NCBI GenBank assembly: GCA_041394265.1
Contig: JAWKIO010000005.1
Span: 4,007,401 to 4,071,400, forward strand
Source: Acidimicrobiales bacterium
Lineage (GTDB): Bacteria > Actinomycetota > Acidimicrobiia > Acidimicrobiales > SZUA-35
Length of the DNA stretch: 64,000 bases
Direction of reading: 5' to 3'
Shown: one piece after another, positions 26,677 to 40,788 of the stretch
Layout of the letters: every line of letters starts with the position of its first letter
Position numbering within the stretch: the first letter of the stretch is position 1
Translations under genes and position numbers: made by a program
The notes under the pieces: model-generated
What the model was told of the DNA's origin: nothing
The model's database searches: none
What the model saw: only the letters and a program-made list of their open reading frames with translations

Positions 26677-28128
26677 GTGGCGAACATCGTGATCCTCGGT
26701 GCCGGTGTTTCCGGGCACACCGCTGCGCTCCACCTTCGGCGACGAGTCGGGAAGAAGCATCACATCACCGTGGTGTCGCCCAACTCGAAGTGGAACTGGA
26801 TCCCATCGAACATCTGGGTCGGGGTCGACAAGATGTCGAAGGACGAGGTCGTCTTCCCGCTGGCGCCCATCTACGCCAAGCAGGGCATCGACTTCGTCCA
26901 GGGCAAGGCCACCGAGATCTGGCCCCGAGGTCGCGGCGACGACACCACGCCGTCGGTCACGATCGAGCTGACTGCCGGTGAGGTTGGCCGCACCCTGTCG
27001 CAGCACTACGACTACCTCGTCAATGCCACCGGTCCGAAGCTCAAGTTCGAGATGACACCGGGTCTCGGCCCGAGCGGACACTCGCTGTCGGTCTGCACGG
27101 CCGACCACGCGGCCCAGGCCGCCGCTGCACTCGACGGTGTGATCGACCGGCTCCGAGCTGGTGACGCACAGACGCTCGTCGTCGGGATGGGTCATGGCAG
27201 TTGCACATGTGAAGGGGCCGCATTCGAGTACGTGTTCAACGTCGACCACGTACTTCGTGAGGCCGGGGTACGCGAGCTCGCTCGTGTGGTCTATCTGACC
27301 AACGAGCACGAGCTCGGCGATTTCGGGGTCGGAGGCATGACCTTCGAACACTCAGGTCATGAGATGACCAGCGAAGCCTGGATGATGGGCCTGTTCCACG
27401 AGCGTGGCATCGAAGTGATTCTCGCCGCCCACGTGACGGAGGTGAAGGAACGCGAGGTCACCTACGACACCGTGTTCGGCGAGTCGGGCTCGTTGGCATT
27501 CGACTTCGCCATGCTCCTCCCGCCCTTTGGCGGCGCCGGACTCTCCGCGTTCGATCGCGACACGAGCGACATCACCAGCGAGATGTTCGCGCCGAGCGGG
27601 TTCATGAAGGTCGACGCGAAGTACGACGCCGGTGCCTACGAGAACTGGTCGGCGGCCGATTGGCCCTCGACCTACGAGGCGCCGGGTTTCCCCAATCACT
27701 TCGCCGTCGGGATCGCCTTCGCCCCGCCCCACGCCATTTCGAAGCCGTATGCCACACCGGCGGGTGCGCCGGTGGCGCCGGCCCCGCCGAGGACCGGCAT
27801 GCCCTCGGGGATCCAGGGCAAGACCGTGGCAGAGACCATCGCCGACCGGCTGGATCATCCGGCAGCACCGGCCCGAACCGCCTCGATGGCGAACATGGGC
27901 GCAGCCTGTATCGCCTCGGTCGGCGCCGGTCTTCGCAACGGTGCGGCGGCCGCGATCACGATGTCACCGATCGTCCCCGACCGGACGAGATTTCCCGGCA
28001 CGGGTCGCAATCCCGCCGAGACCTTCGGCGAGATCGGGTTGGCCGGTCACTGGATGAAGCGACTGCTCCACACCCTGTTCATCTACAAGGCCAAGGCCCG
28101 TCCGGGCTGGTGGCTCATCCCCGAGTGA
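26677..28128 (+). CDS. FAD-dependent sulfide:quinone oxidoreductase-like protein (Aquifex/Acidithiobacillus-type architecture)
   Basis: GTG at 26677 follows GGGAGG. IVILGAGVSGHTAA, LGDFGVGGM, PRTGMPSGIQGK and MGAACIASVG align by eye with my recollection of structurally characterised SQRs. Candidate redox cysteines are in SVCTADH and AACIAS. Confidence 0.75.
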   Translation: MANIVILGAGVSGHTAALHLRRRVGKKHHITVVSPNSKWNWIPSNIWVGVDKMSKDEVVFPLAPIYAKQGIDFVQGKATEIWPRGRGDDTTPSVTIELTAGEVGRTLSQHYDYLVNATGPKLKFEMTPGLGPSGHSLSVCTADHAAQAAAALDGVIDRLRAGDAQTLVVGMGHGSCTCEGAAFEYVFNVDHVLREAGVRELARVVYLTNEHELGDFGVGGMTFEHSGHEMTSEAWMMGLFHERGIEVILAAHVTEVKEREVTYDTVFGESGSLAFDFAMLLPPFGGAGLSAFDRDTSDITSEMFAPSGFMKVDAKYDAGAYENWSAADWPSTYEAPGFPNHFAVGIAFAPPHAISKPYATPAGAPVAPAPPRTGMPSGIQGKTVAETIADRLDHPAAPARTASMANMGAACIASVGAGLRNGAAAAITMSPIVPDRTRFPGTGRNPAETFGEIGLAGHWMKRLLHTLFIYKAKARPGWWLIPE

Positions 28129-28135
28129 GGACGCC

Positions 28136-28291
28136 ATGACCGAGTCACGACCCGACGTCAACACTGCGATCCGCAACACCCCACTGCCCGGCAGGGCCCA
28201 GCTGGCCAAGCGGTCGAACCTGGCCTTTCAGGCGGTTCGCTTCGTCGTGCTGAACCTGAAGATCCTCAAGCTCAGCCGCCAGCACCACTGA
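28136..28291 (+). CDS. candidate 51-aa ORF downstream of the SQR-type gene (not in track)
   Basis: ATG lies 8 nt after the SQR stop. The ORF translates to MTESRPDVNTAIRNTPLPGRAQLAKRSNLAFQAVRFVVLNLKILKLSRQHH, with an amphipathic/hydrophobic C-terminal half. Confidence 0.3.
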   Translation: MTESRPDVNTAIRNTPLPGRAQLAKRSNLAFQAVRFVVLNLKILKLSRQHH

Positions 28292-28387
28292 TCCTCGACG
28301 CCACGGTTCGCATCAGCGGCGACCGCGCAGCAACTGCGATGGGAAAGTGCCGTGTTCGGCACCGTGGTACCGGAGTTGTGATCGGGG

Positions 28388-28702
28388 TCAGATGCGGCGT
28401 TGTTGGGCGAGGAGGCGGACGGTGTCGGCGGCGGGACCGGCGAGGTCGGGGCCGTAGGGCAAGGTCAGCACGCCCTTGCGGTCGCCGGGTCCGGAGACGG
28501 CGAGCACGATCGACTCGTCGTCGGGATTGCTCATGCCCTCGAACCGCAAACTCTGATCGACCGAGATCGACTCTGCCGGCCATCGCTCGTTGCCGGCTTC
28601 GATCATGCCGTCATCATCCAACCGGAACTGCTCGACGTAGCCGAGTGTCTCCAGCCGAGCAATCGCCTCTGACGAGGTGTCCATGTAGGTGTCGTCGGCC
28701 AT
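28388..28702 (-). CDS. hypothetical protein (104 aa)
   Basis: Complete ORF with high GC3 and an acidic composition. No domain I can name with confidence. Confidence 0.55.
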   Translation of the reverse strand: MADDTYMDTSSEAIARLETLGYVEQFRLDDDGMIEAGNERWPAESISVDQSLRFEGMSNPDDESIVLAVSGPGDRKGVLTLPYGPDLAGPAADTVRLLAQQRRI

Positions 28703-28757
28703 GTGATGCTCCTAGCTTCGATGTACGTGTGGATCCGTTCAGTGGCGGGCGTCTCGA

Positions 28758-29234
28758 TCAACGGGCGTCGATCGTGCCACTCGCACCGAGATCGGGGGAG
28801 CCGCCGGTCACGGCAGCTTTGGCCACCTGGAGCGCCGTTCGTAGTGCACCGTCCGACGCCCACCACTCGATCTGCTCGGTCGCCACCCGCAACGCCACAG
28901 GCTCGGCGTCCTCGGCGAAGAACGCGTCGGTGACGGCGTTGCGCAGGTCGGCGATGCGGGCCGGGTCACGTTCGATCGAGGCGCGACCCGCAAATGACAC
29001 CCAGAAGTCTTCGGTCGCAACGGCGATGTTCACCGGTGCGACGTCGATCGGACCGACCCAGGTGGCCTGGGCGTCGACCAGGAACCACGGGTCGCCGTTG
29101 ATGTCGAGATCGAGGAGCGTGAGCGGACGGGACGACAGGGTGCCCGCCTCATCGATGCTCGTGAGCATGACGGTCCGAACCTTCTCCAGCTCGGTGCGGA
29201 CATCGTGGATGGTGAGGTCGTCGTGCGAAGTCAT
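28758..29234 (-). CDS. pyridoxamine 5'-phosphate oxidase-like (general stress protein 26-like) FMN-binding protein
   Basis: 158 aa with the VMLTSIDEAGTLSSRPL ... WFLVD ... NIAVA ... ASIERDP pattern typical of the PNPOx-like split-barrel family. Confidence 0.75.
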   Translation of the reverse strand: MTSHDDLTIHDVRTELEKVRTVMLTSIDEAGTLSSRPLTLLDLDINGDPWFLVDAQATWVGPIDVAPVNIAVATEDFWVSFAGRASIERDPARIADLRNAVTDAFFAEDAEPVALRVATEQIEWWASDGALRTALQVAKAAVTGGSPDLGASGTIDAR

Positions 29235-29305
29235 GGCCGGAGGAGTACCCCGCTCATCTCATGCCAAACGACGACCTCTCGCTTCGGGCGGTGCTTCGGG
29301 GCCGG

Positions 29306-31015
29306 TCAGGTGTCGGTCGACTCGCCGCTGTCGGTATCGGTGTCGTCGTCGGCCTTGGCAGCCGCCTTTGCGTCCTTCTTGGATTTGGCTGGGCGCTTCT
29401 TGGCCGACGTCTTGGACTTCGATGAACGAGCCGATGGGCGAGTGGCTGCCGGCGACTCGGACGTAGGCGGCGTCGCCTCAGTGGCGGCGGGCACCGGATC
29501 GACGCCGTCGCCTCCCTTGCGCATGGCTGGAGGCGGTTGGGGGACGGCCCATTCCGCCCCGGTGGCCTCGAAGAGCCGCTCGAGTTCGGCGATGTGGAGG
29601 TCGACGAGATGCCACAAGTCGGGCACGAGGTCACGGTCGGCGATCAGACCGAAGTCCATCCGGTCGGCGTAGCTGTGCACGGTGATGTTCAAGCCGACCC
29701 CATCGCTGATGGTGGAGACCGGGATGTAGGCATCGAGCTTGGCGCCGGAGAAGTACAGCGGGGAGCGCGGTCCGGGAACGTTCGAGATGACGACGTTGAT
29801 CGGTGAATTGACCCGGTCGGCCAGCTTGAGCCGCGAGACCAGGCGGAGTGCCGACGTGGCAACCAGGGGAGAGGCGTAGTCGGCGGATTGCCCGAGGGCC
29901 TCGGCCGGCATCATGTCGAACTGGTGCTTGCCGGTGTTCATCGCCTCGCGGCACAGCGCCACCCGCTCGATCGGGTCGGCGCAGTTGGTCGGCAGATCGG
30001 CGACGAGGGCCGAGACCCGATTGGTCCAGGGGTCGGCTTCGTTGCCGGTCCGGATCGACACCGGCACCATGGCCCGCAACGGCTCGTCGGGGAGTGCGTC
30101 TTTCTCGATCAGATAGGCGCGCAGGGCGCCGGTGCAGATCGCCATGACGACGTCGTTGAGCGTGCCGCCGGTGGCGTCCTTGAGCCGCTTGAGGTTCTCC
30201 AGCGAGGTGGAGCGCATGGCGAACCGGCGATGGGGTGTGACGGTCTTGTTCCACGGTGTCGCCGGTGCCGGCGTGATCGGCAAGCTGACCCGAGGGCTGG
30301 CGTCGGTCGACGAGGTCATCCGCTTGGCGATGGCACCAATCGAGTCGCGGGTCTGGTTGGCGAGACCGCTCACGGTGGTGAGGCCGGCCGCATCGGCGAG
30401 ATCGCGCATGATGCCGAGTGACAGTCGAGCGCCTCGCACCGGATTGGCGGCAAGATTGAGCGCCGCGGTCTGCAGCATCGCCAGGTTCGACGGGGGCTGC
30501 TCGCCGGACCAGTCGATGGCCTCGAGCGGGAACTCGGCGTCGGGCGATTCCTCGGTGAACATCTTGAGCATGATCACGCCCGAAGCGCCGTCGATCGTGG
30601 CGTGATGCGTCTTCTGCAGCAAGGCCCAGCGCCCGTCGGCAAGACCCTCGATGACGTAGGCCTCCCAGAGTGGGCGGGAACGGTCCATGCGGCGCCCGAC
30701 GATCCGGGCGACCTGCTCGGCCAGCTGGTCGGCGGCACCGGGAGGCGCCAGGCCGATGTGGCGCACGTGGTAGTCGAGGTCGAAGTCGGGATCCTCGACC
30801 CAGTAGGGCCGATCGAGATCGAGAGGCACGTTCACGACCTTGCGTCGCAACGGCTCGAGATGGCTCACCATGATCCGCATCCGCTCACGCACCGCGGTGA
30901 ACGGGTCGAAGTCATCGGATGGTCGCTCGTAGATGCTGAGACCGTTGACGTGTCCGTAGATGCTGTCGGTTTCCATCAACAAGAAGCTGAGGTCGACACC
31001 GGTGAGCTGTTTCAT
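29306..31015 (-). CDS. wax ester synthase / diacylglycerol acyltransferase (WS/DGAT) with a basic-then-acidic C-terminal tail
   Basis: ATG at 31015 follows AAGGGA. Active-site motif HHATIDGASG (HHxxxDG). The last ~95 residues are low-complexity (KSKTSAKKRPAKSKKDAKAAAKADDDTDTDSGESTDT). Confidence 0.85.
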   Translation of the reverse strand: MKQLTGVDLSFLLMETDSIYGHVNGLSIYERPSDDFDPFTAVRERMRIMVSHLEPLRRKVVNVPLDLDRPYWVEDPDFDLDYHVRHIGLAPPGAADQLAEQVARIVGRRMDRSRPLWEAYVIEGLADGRWALLQKTHHATIDGASGVIMLKMFTEESPDAEFPLEAIDWSGEQPPSNLAMLQTAALNLAANPVRGARLSLGIMRDLADAAGLTTVSGLANQTRDSIGAIAKRMTSSTDASPRVSLPITPAPATPWNKTVTPHRRFAMRSTSLENLKRLKDATGGTLNDVVMAICTGALRAYLIEKDALPDEPLRAMVPVSIRTGNEADPWTNRVSALVADLPTNCADPIERVALCREAMNTGKHQFDMMPAEALGQSADYASPLVATSALRLVSRLKLADRVNSPINVVISNVPGPRSPLYFSGAKLDAYIPVSTISDGVGLNITVHSYADRMDFGLIADRDLVPDLWHLVDLHIAELERLFEATGAEWAVPQPPPAMRKGGDGVDPVPAATEATPPTSESPAATRPSARSSKSKTSAKKRPAKSKKDAKAAAKADDDTDTDSGESTDT

Positions 31016-31154
31016 CTGCGTTCCCTTCGACTGCCTCTGATCATGGCGCAAAATCACGCTCCGTGTTCGACCGATGACAGGTTTGTTGCAGCGCTCCCAT
31101 CGGCGGGTCCCCCGCCAACTCAACGATTCGGCGCTCGCCCGCTACGTTTGTCCG

Positions 31155-31955
31155 ATGCAACTCAACGAACTGTTCTCGGTCGAAGGCAAGATCGTCGTGG
31201 TGACGGGTGGGTCACGAGGCATCGGCGAGATGATCGCCGCCGGCTTCTTGGCCAATGGGGCCAAGGTCTACATCAGCTCCCGCAAGGCGGATGCCTGTGA
31301 GGCCACCGCCACCCGGCTGATGGCCGAATACGGCGGGGAGTGCGTCGCCGTTCCTGCCGACCTGTCGGGACTCCCCGGCGTCGAGGCCCTCGCTGCCGCC
31401 ATCGGGGAGCGAGAGGACCACGTCGACATCCTCGTCAACAACGCCGGGGTGTCGTGGGGCGCGCCGCTCGACGAGTTCCCCGAGATCGGATGGGACAAGG
31501 TCATGGACACCAACGTGAAGGGTGTCTTCTTCCTCACCCAGAAGTTGCTGCCGCTCCTCGAAGCCGGCGCAACGGCCGACGATCCGTCGCGAGTGATCAA
31601 CATCGGCTCGATCGACGGCTTGCAGACCGCAGCGTTCTCGACCTTCTCGTACGGTCCCTCGAAGGCGGCCGTGCATGCGCTCACCAAGTTGCTGGCCTCG
31701 CACCTGGCACGGCGCCACATCATCGTCAACGCCATTGCCCCCGGCCCGTTCCCCACGTGGATGCTGAGCACCGGCGTCGGTGGCGGTGGCGATGTCGACA
31801 ACACCGACTGGGATGCCATTGCCCGAGGCAACCCTCGTGGCCGAGTCGGCACACCGCAGGACATCGCCGGCATTGCCATCTTCCTCGCGTCTCGCGCCGG
31901 TGCCTACACCGTCGGCGAGGTCATCAGCTGCGACGGTGGCATTCTCGTCGACTGA
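31155..31955 (+). CDS. SDR family oxidoreductase (3-oxoacyl reductase-like)
   Basis: ATG at 31155. VVVTGGSRGIGEMIA, NNAG and YGPSKAAV (YxxxK). Confidence 0.85.
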   Translation: MQLNELFSVEGKIVVVTGGSRGIGEMIAAGFLANGAKVYISSRKADACEATATRLMAEYGGECVAVPADLSGLPGVEALAAAIGEREDHVDILVNNAGVSWGAPLDEFPEIGWDKVMDTNVKGVFFLTQKLLPLLEAGATADDPSRVINIGSIDGLQTAAFSTFSYGPSKAAVHALTKLLASHLARRHIIVNAIAPGPFPTWMLSTGVGGGGDVDNTDWDAIARGNPRGRVGTPQDIAGIAIFLASRAGAYTVGEVISCDGGILVD

Positions 31956-31994
31956 CCGGCCTGGTGAGCACCATCGGCGGTGCTCACCGGCCCT

Positions 31995-33614
31995 TCATCC
32001 GTCGAGATCACGTCGTTCGAACCCCCACAGGGCGGCGCCGACCAGGATGGCCGACGCCAGCGCGAGCACCACGAGGTGCGCGGGGTTCACGCCGTTGAAC
32101 ATCGGCTCGGTCTCGGTGGCGTAGAACCACGGTGAGATCACCGCGGCATCGGCCAGCGATGGCCGCTGGCGCAGGAACCAGTCGCCGAAGTAGGTCACGA
32201 CGACGATCGCCATGGTCCACCGCAGGGCGGTCGACCGTTCGGCGAACGAACCCAGCGCGAGCGCGAGTGCTCCGAAGAACAGCCCGAGCAGCATCTGGTG
32301 CGTGAGCGCCGCCGCCAGCTTGGCGAACGAGACGTCGAGTCCGGCGAGCACGACGGCCAGGACGAGCCCGAGCCACAGGCCGATCGCAGTCACCGCGACC
32401 GCCAGCATCATGGCACCGGCCTTCTCGAGCAGGATGCGAGCCCTCGTCTGCGGGACGGCGACGAGCAGACCGAGGGTTCGGCGCGACGCCTCGCCGGCGA
32501 CCGCGTCGAGCCCCATGATGACACCGACCGCAATCAGCGCCAGTGGGGTCATGAGCGACAGCATCTCGACCTGGAGGAAGCCGGTCGGCGTGCTCAGGTC
32601 AGTGGCGCCGAACAGCTCGAGCATGCTCTTCGGGAATGCATCGTTCAGCGCGAGCAGCGAGTCCTTGATCCCGCCGTACATGAAGGCCACGAGGACCGAC
32701 ATCGCAGCCATCGATCCTGACAAGATGGCCAGGAAAGTGACTCGCTCGGACAGGGTCTTTGCTGCGATGCGTCCGAGCCGCGGTCGAGTGATGCGCCCGA
32801 GCGCCGGCAGTCTCAGCGTGAGCCCGCTCCCGCCGCTGCCGATGTCGCGATGATCGGCCACCCAGTAGGCGACACCGAAGCAGACCGCCGCCATCGTCGC
32901 CAATACGCCGAGGTGCGTCACATCGAGGCCATTGGACAGCGGCTCCGACCCGTTGAAGTAGTACCAGGGCGAAACTCGCGCCCATCCTTCGGCTCCTTCG
33001 ACCAAGGGGAGCATGCCGGCGACCAAGTTGGAGAACACGGCCAAGCCGGTGGCGGCACCCGTGCCTGCCGCCGTCGAGCCCGTGGCGTTGGCGACCGCCA
33101 GGGCGAACGCACCGAAGGCGACGGCCAGGAAGTACACGTGGATCGTTGCTGCGAGCGCGTCCGCCGGTCCGAAGCCGGTGACGGTGAACAAGCTGGCGCC
33201 GACTGAGCTGCCGAGGAACAAGAAGAGGCAGGCGATGGCGGTGTCGCCGACCAGCACGGCGAACTTGGATCGCACGACCGAACGGCGGCTCACCGGTTGG
33301 GTGAGCAGGAGCTCGGCGGTGTGGCGGCGCTCTTCACCCGCCAACACGTTGACCCCGCCGCCGATGGCGATCGTGAGCACCGTGATGGGTCCGATCAAGC
33401 CGAAGAGCTCGGTGACCACGTAGTTGCTGCCGATCCCTCCCATGATGCCGGTCAGCGCTTCGGGCAGATCGGCGATCATCGCCGCCATGTCGTTGCCGAG
33501 TTGCTCTGCCAGCATCACCATGCAGAACGCGGCCGCGGCGATACCGAGCCCGACGTAGACGGCGAGCGGGGTGCGATCCCGAACCGTCTTGGCGGTGACG
33601 TCAGTGAGCAGCAT
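31995..33614 (-). CDS. ABC-2 type transporter permease (duplicated, ~12 TM)
   Basis: Two similar 6-TM halves. Start tentatively at ATG 33614 (MLLTDV), overlapping the upstream ATPase stop. 33632 is an alternative start. Confidence 0.7.
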   Translation of the reverse strand: MLLTDVTAKTVRDRTPLAVYVGLGIAAAAFCMVMLAEQLGNDMAAMIADLPEALTGIMGGIGSNYVVTELFGLIGPITVLTIAIGGGVNVLAGEERRHTAELLLTQPVSRRSVVRSKFAVLVGDTAIACLFLFLGSSVGASLFTVTGFGPADALAATIHVYFLAVAFGAFALAVANATGSTAAGTGAATGLAVFSNLVAGMLPLVEGAEGWARVSPWYYFNGSEPLSNGLDVTHLGVLATMAAVCFGVAYWVADHRDIGSGGSGLTLRLPALGRITRPRLGRIAAKTLSERVTFLAILSGSMAAMSVLVAFMYGGIKDSLLALNDAFPKSMLELFGATDLSTPTGFLQVEMLSLMTPLALIAVGVIMGLDAVAGEASRRTLGLLVAVPQTRARILLEKAGAMMLAVAVTAIGLWLGLVLAVVLAGLDVSFAKLAAALTHQMLLGLFFGALALALGSFAERSTALRWTMAIVVVTYFGDWFLRQRPSLADAAVISPWFYATETEPMFNGVNPAHLVVLALASAILVGAALWGFERRDLDG

Positions 33615-34551
33615 CGGCGTGCTCCTCTTCATGGTCCCGGCGGGTGTGGTCGGCGCCGGTGGCCGGGGTGTCGCGGTAGTAGTCGAGGAAGATCTCCTCG
33701 AGATCGGCGTCACGGCTGCGCAGGCTCACGACGCCGACCGAGGTGGCGACGGCGAGGACCGCACCGACGGATCCTTCGTAGGCGACGCTCCAGCGGAGCC
33801 CACCGCCGGTGACCTCACGCACACCGTCGACGCGCCGAAGGAGCTCGGGGTCGAGGGGTCTGGCGAACTCGAAATCGAGACGACGCACGGCGCGGGCCTT
33901 GAGTTCGCTGATCGAGCTGACCACGACCAGCGCGCCGTGGCGAATGATCGCGACCCGATCGGCGACTCGCTCGACCTCCGAAAGCGTGTGGCTCGAAAGG
34001 AACACCGTGCGGCCCTCGTCTCGCACCGACTCGATCAGTTCGTGCAGCGACTGCTGGACCAGAGGATCGAGTCCGGTGGTCGGCTCATCGAGGATGACCA
34101 CGGGCGGTTCGTGCATGAACGCCTGGATGAGACCGATCTTCTGGCGGTTGCCCGACGAGTAGGTGCCACAGCGGCGGGACAGGTCGGCGTCGAAACGCTT
34201 CGCAAGCTCGACCACTTTCGCCGGATCGACGCCGCCGCGGAGATTGGCGAGGTACTCCAGCACCTCACCGCCAGTGAGCTTGTCGTAGAGCGCCAAGTCA
34301 CCTGGCAGGTAGCCGACGTTCCGGTGGACATCGATGGCGTCGGTCCGGCTGTCGAATCCCAGGATCTCGGCTCGGCCGCTGGTGGGGCGGGCCAGGTCGA
34401 GCAGGCACCGAATCGTCGTTGACTTTCCGGCGCCGTTCGGACCGAGGAATCCGAAGACCTCGCCCCGATGCACCTCGAGGTCGAGGGCATCGACCGCGAG
34501 GACGTCGCCGTAGCGTTTGGTGAGTTGGTGCGTGACGATGGCCGCTGACAT
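33601..34551 (-). CDS. ABC transporter ATP-binding protein
   Basis: ATG at 34551 follows GAGGAGGAG. Walker A GPNGAGKST, signature YSSGNRQKI, Walker B VVILDEPTTGLD. Confidence 0.88.
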   Translation of the reverse strand: MSAAIVTHQLTKRYGDVLAVDALDLEVHRGEVFGFLGPNGAGKSTTIRCLLDLARPTSGRAEILGFDSRTDAIDVHRNVGYLPGDLALYDKLTGGEVLEYLANLRGGVDPAKVVELAKRFDADLSRRCGTYSSGNRQKIGLIQAFMHEPPVVILDEPTTGLDPLVQQSLHELIESVRDEGRTVFLSSHTLSEVERVADRVAIIRHGALVVVSSISELKARAVRRLDFEFARPLDPELLRRVDGVREVTGGGLRWSVAYEGSVGAVLAVATSVGVVSLRSRDADLEEIFLDYYRDTPATGADHTRRDHEEEHADAAH

Positions 34552-34596
34552 GGGACTCCTCCTCGTTGTCAGCATGGTCGCCGAGGGCAACTGGCG

Positions 34597-35208
34597 CTAG
34601 TGGCTTCGGTCCATGTCGGTCGCGGTCAGCTGGATCGTCGCCTGCTTCCACACCTTGGCGAAGCGCTGGACGGCGGTTGCCGTCGAGAGCACGAGCATGA
34701 TCCACAGCATCGGTTCGAACAGCGGCGGGATCGCGAGACCGATCCCGAGCGCAATGATCCGCTCGGCCCGCTCCATGATCCCGCCCTTGGCGTCGAACCC
34801 CAGCGACTCGGCCTTGGCTCGCTGGTACGAGATGAGCCACGACACGCCCATGATCGCCACACCGAGCATGCCGAGGTGGCCACCGCCCTCTTCGAGATAC
34901 CAGACGACGCCGGCGAGCAGCAGGGTGTCGGTGACGCGGTCGGCCGTCGAATCGAAGAACGCGCCGCGCCTCGATGGTGGGCCGGCGGCCTTGGCCACCG
35001 GCCCGTCCAATAGGTCGGGGAGCGCCGCCACCACGAGGAGGAGGAACCCCAGCTGGAGTCGGCCCGAGCCGATGGCGACCGCAGCGATGGCGGCGGTGAG
35101 GACACCGATCACCGTCAAGAGGTTGGCCGTGACACCCCACCGGTGAAGCGTCGCCCCGAGGGGATCGACCACCCGTTCGACGGGTGATCGCCAGTAGCCA
35201 TCGAACAC
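34597..35208 (-). CDS. CDP-alcohol phosphatidyltransferase family protein (PIP-synthase-like)
   Basis: GTG start follows GAGGAGG. Motif DLLDGPVAKAAGPPSRRGAFFDSTADRVTD corresponds to D-x2-DG-x2-AR...G-x3-D-x3-D. Confidence 0.8.
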   Translation of the reverse strand: MFDGYWRSPVERVVDPLGATLHRWGVTANLLTVIGVLTAAIAAVAIGSGRLQLGFLLLVVAALPDLLDGPVAKAAGPPSRRGAFFDSTADRVTDTLLLAGVVWYLEEGGGHLGMLGVAIMGVSWLISYQRAKAESLGFDAKGGIMERAERIIALGIGLAIPPLFEPMLWIMLVLSTATAVQRFAKVWKQATIQLTATDMDRSH

Positions 35209-35305
35209 AGGGACGCCTCCTCGGCGGTCGTCGTCAGAGCCACGATGTTGGCACGTTCATCGAGGATCTGACAGGACCGGACCAACTTCGGTGACGGCCG
35301 TCGCC

Positions 35306-38023
<2,718 letters not shown>

Positions 38024-38167
38024 GGCTGTTGCCTCCTGACACCGAGCATCGAACGCTCGACGCGGGGTCGGGAGGGCCTTCCGTCACTTTCATGACGTTC
38101 GCCCCTTGTCGGTCCACGGACGCAGTCGGAGGATGGAGAGGTACAGCAATGAGAGGTTGGTGGCATC

Positions 38168-38605
38168 ATGGTGCTACGACATCAAGACCCGAAGGTCGAG
38201 CGGCTGCGGGCCATCCCGTTCTTCGCCGATGCGGATGATCAGGCCCTGCAACATCTGCTCTCGGCGGCAGATGAGGTGCGGGTGAAAGCAGGCCACGATC
38301 TGATCGACGAGGGACACCACTACGGCGAGGCCTACGTGGTGGTGAGCGGAACGATCGGCGTGAGGGTCGGCGGTGACGAGGTGGCCGAGATCGGCCCGGG
38401 CGAGCTGATTGGCGAACTGGCGCTGCTCACCCACGATGTGGTGTCGAGCGCGACCGTCGTCGCGAAGACCGACGCCGATCTGCTGGTGATTCCGTACAAC
38501 CGTTTCGACCAGATCCTCGACGACAACCCGGCGTTGGTTCGAGCCATCGCCACGCAGCTGGCGCACCGCCTCCGGGCGATGGACGTCCTCTACCGGACCA
38601 GCTGA
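38168..38605 (+). CDS. stand-alone cyclic-nucleotide-binding domain protein
   Basis: 145 aa with IPFF ... G ... GELIGELALL (cNMP-binding beta-roll signature). No HTH follows. Confidence 0.8.
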   Translation: MVLRHQDPKVERLRAIPFFADADDQALQHLLSAADEVRVKAGHDLIDEGHHYGEAYVVVSGTIGVRVGGDEVAEIGPGELIGELALLTHDVVSSATVVAKTDADLLVIPYNRFDQILDDNPALVRAIATQLAHRLRAMDVLYRTS

Positions 38606-38696
38606 TCGCCGGGGCGAGAGTCGAAGGCCTCTGCCTCGGCGGCGCCCGCGGTCGGACAATCGAGTCGACAGCCGTTTGGGGAAAGGGGTCATCCCG

Positions 38697-39051
38697 GTGT
38701 CTGCCAATCATGTCGAACGCCACGGCGAGCTTCGCCGCGGGTTCCGTCAGCTGAGCCGAGTCCAGAGCGAGGTCATGGCGGGCTTCACCTCCATGCACCG
38801 TGCCGCCGTCGCCGACGGTGAGCTGCCGGGTGCGACCAAGGAGATGATGGCGCTCGCCATCTCGATCGTGACGCACTGTGAGGGCTGCATCGCCTTTCAC
38901 GTGCATGATGCCCTCCGCGCTGGTGCCAGCCGAGGTCAGATCGAGGAGACCATCGGCGTGGCGATCATGATGGGCGGAGGACCGGCAGCGGTCTACGGCG
39001 CAACGGCGGCCGAGGCGCTCGACCAGTTCGTGGCAGCGGGGGTGGGTTCCG

Positions 39052-39062
<11 letters not shown>
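38697..39062 (+). CDS. carboxymuconolactone decarboxylase / AhpD-like family protein
   Basis: HCEGCIAFH CxxC motif. GTG at 38697 follows GGGGAAAGGGG. The track uses a TTG at 38676. Confidence 0.8.
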
Positions 39063-40784
<1,722 letters not shown>

Positions 40785-40788
<4 letters not shown>

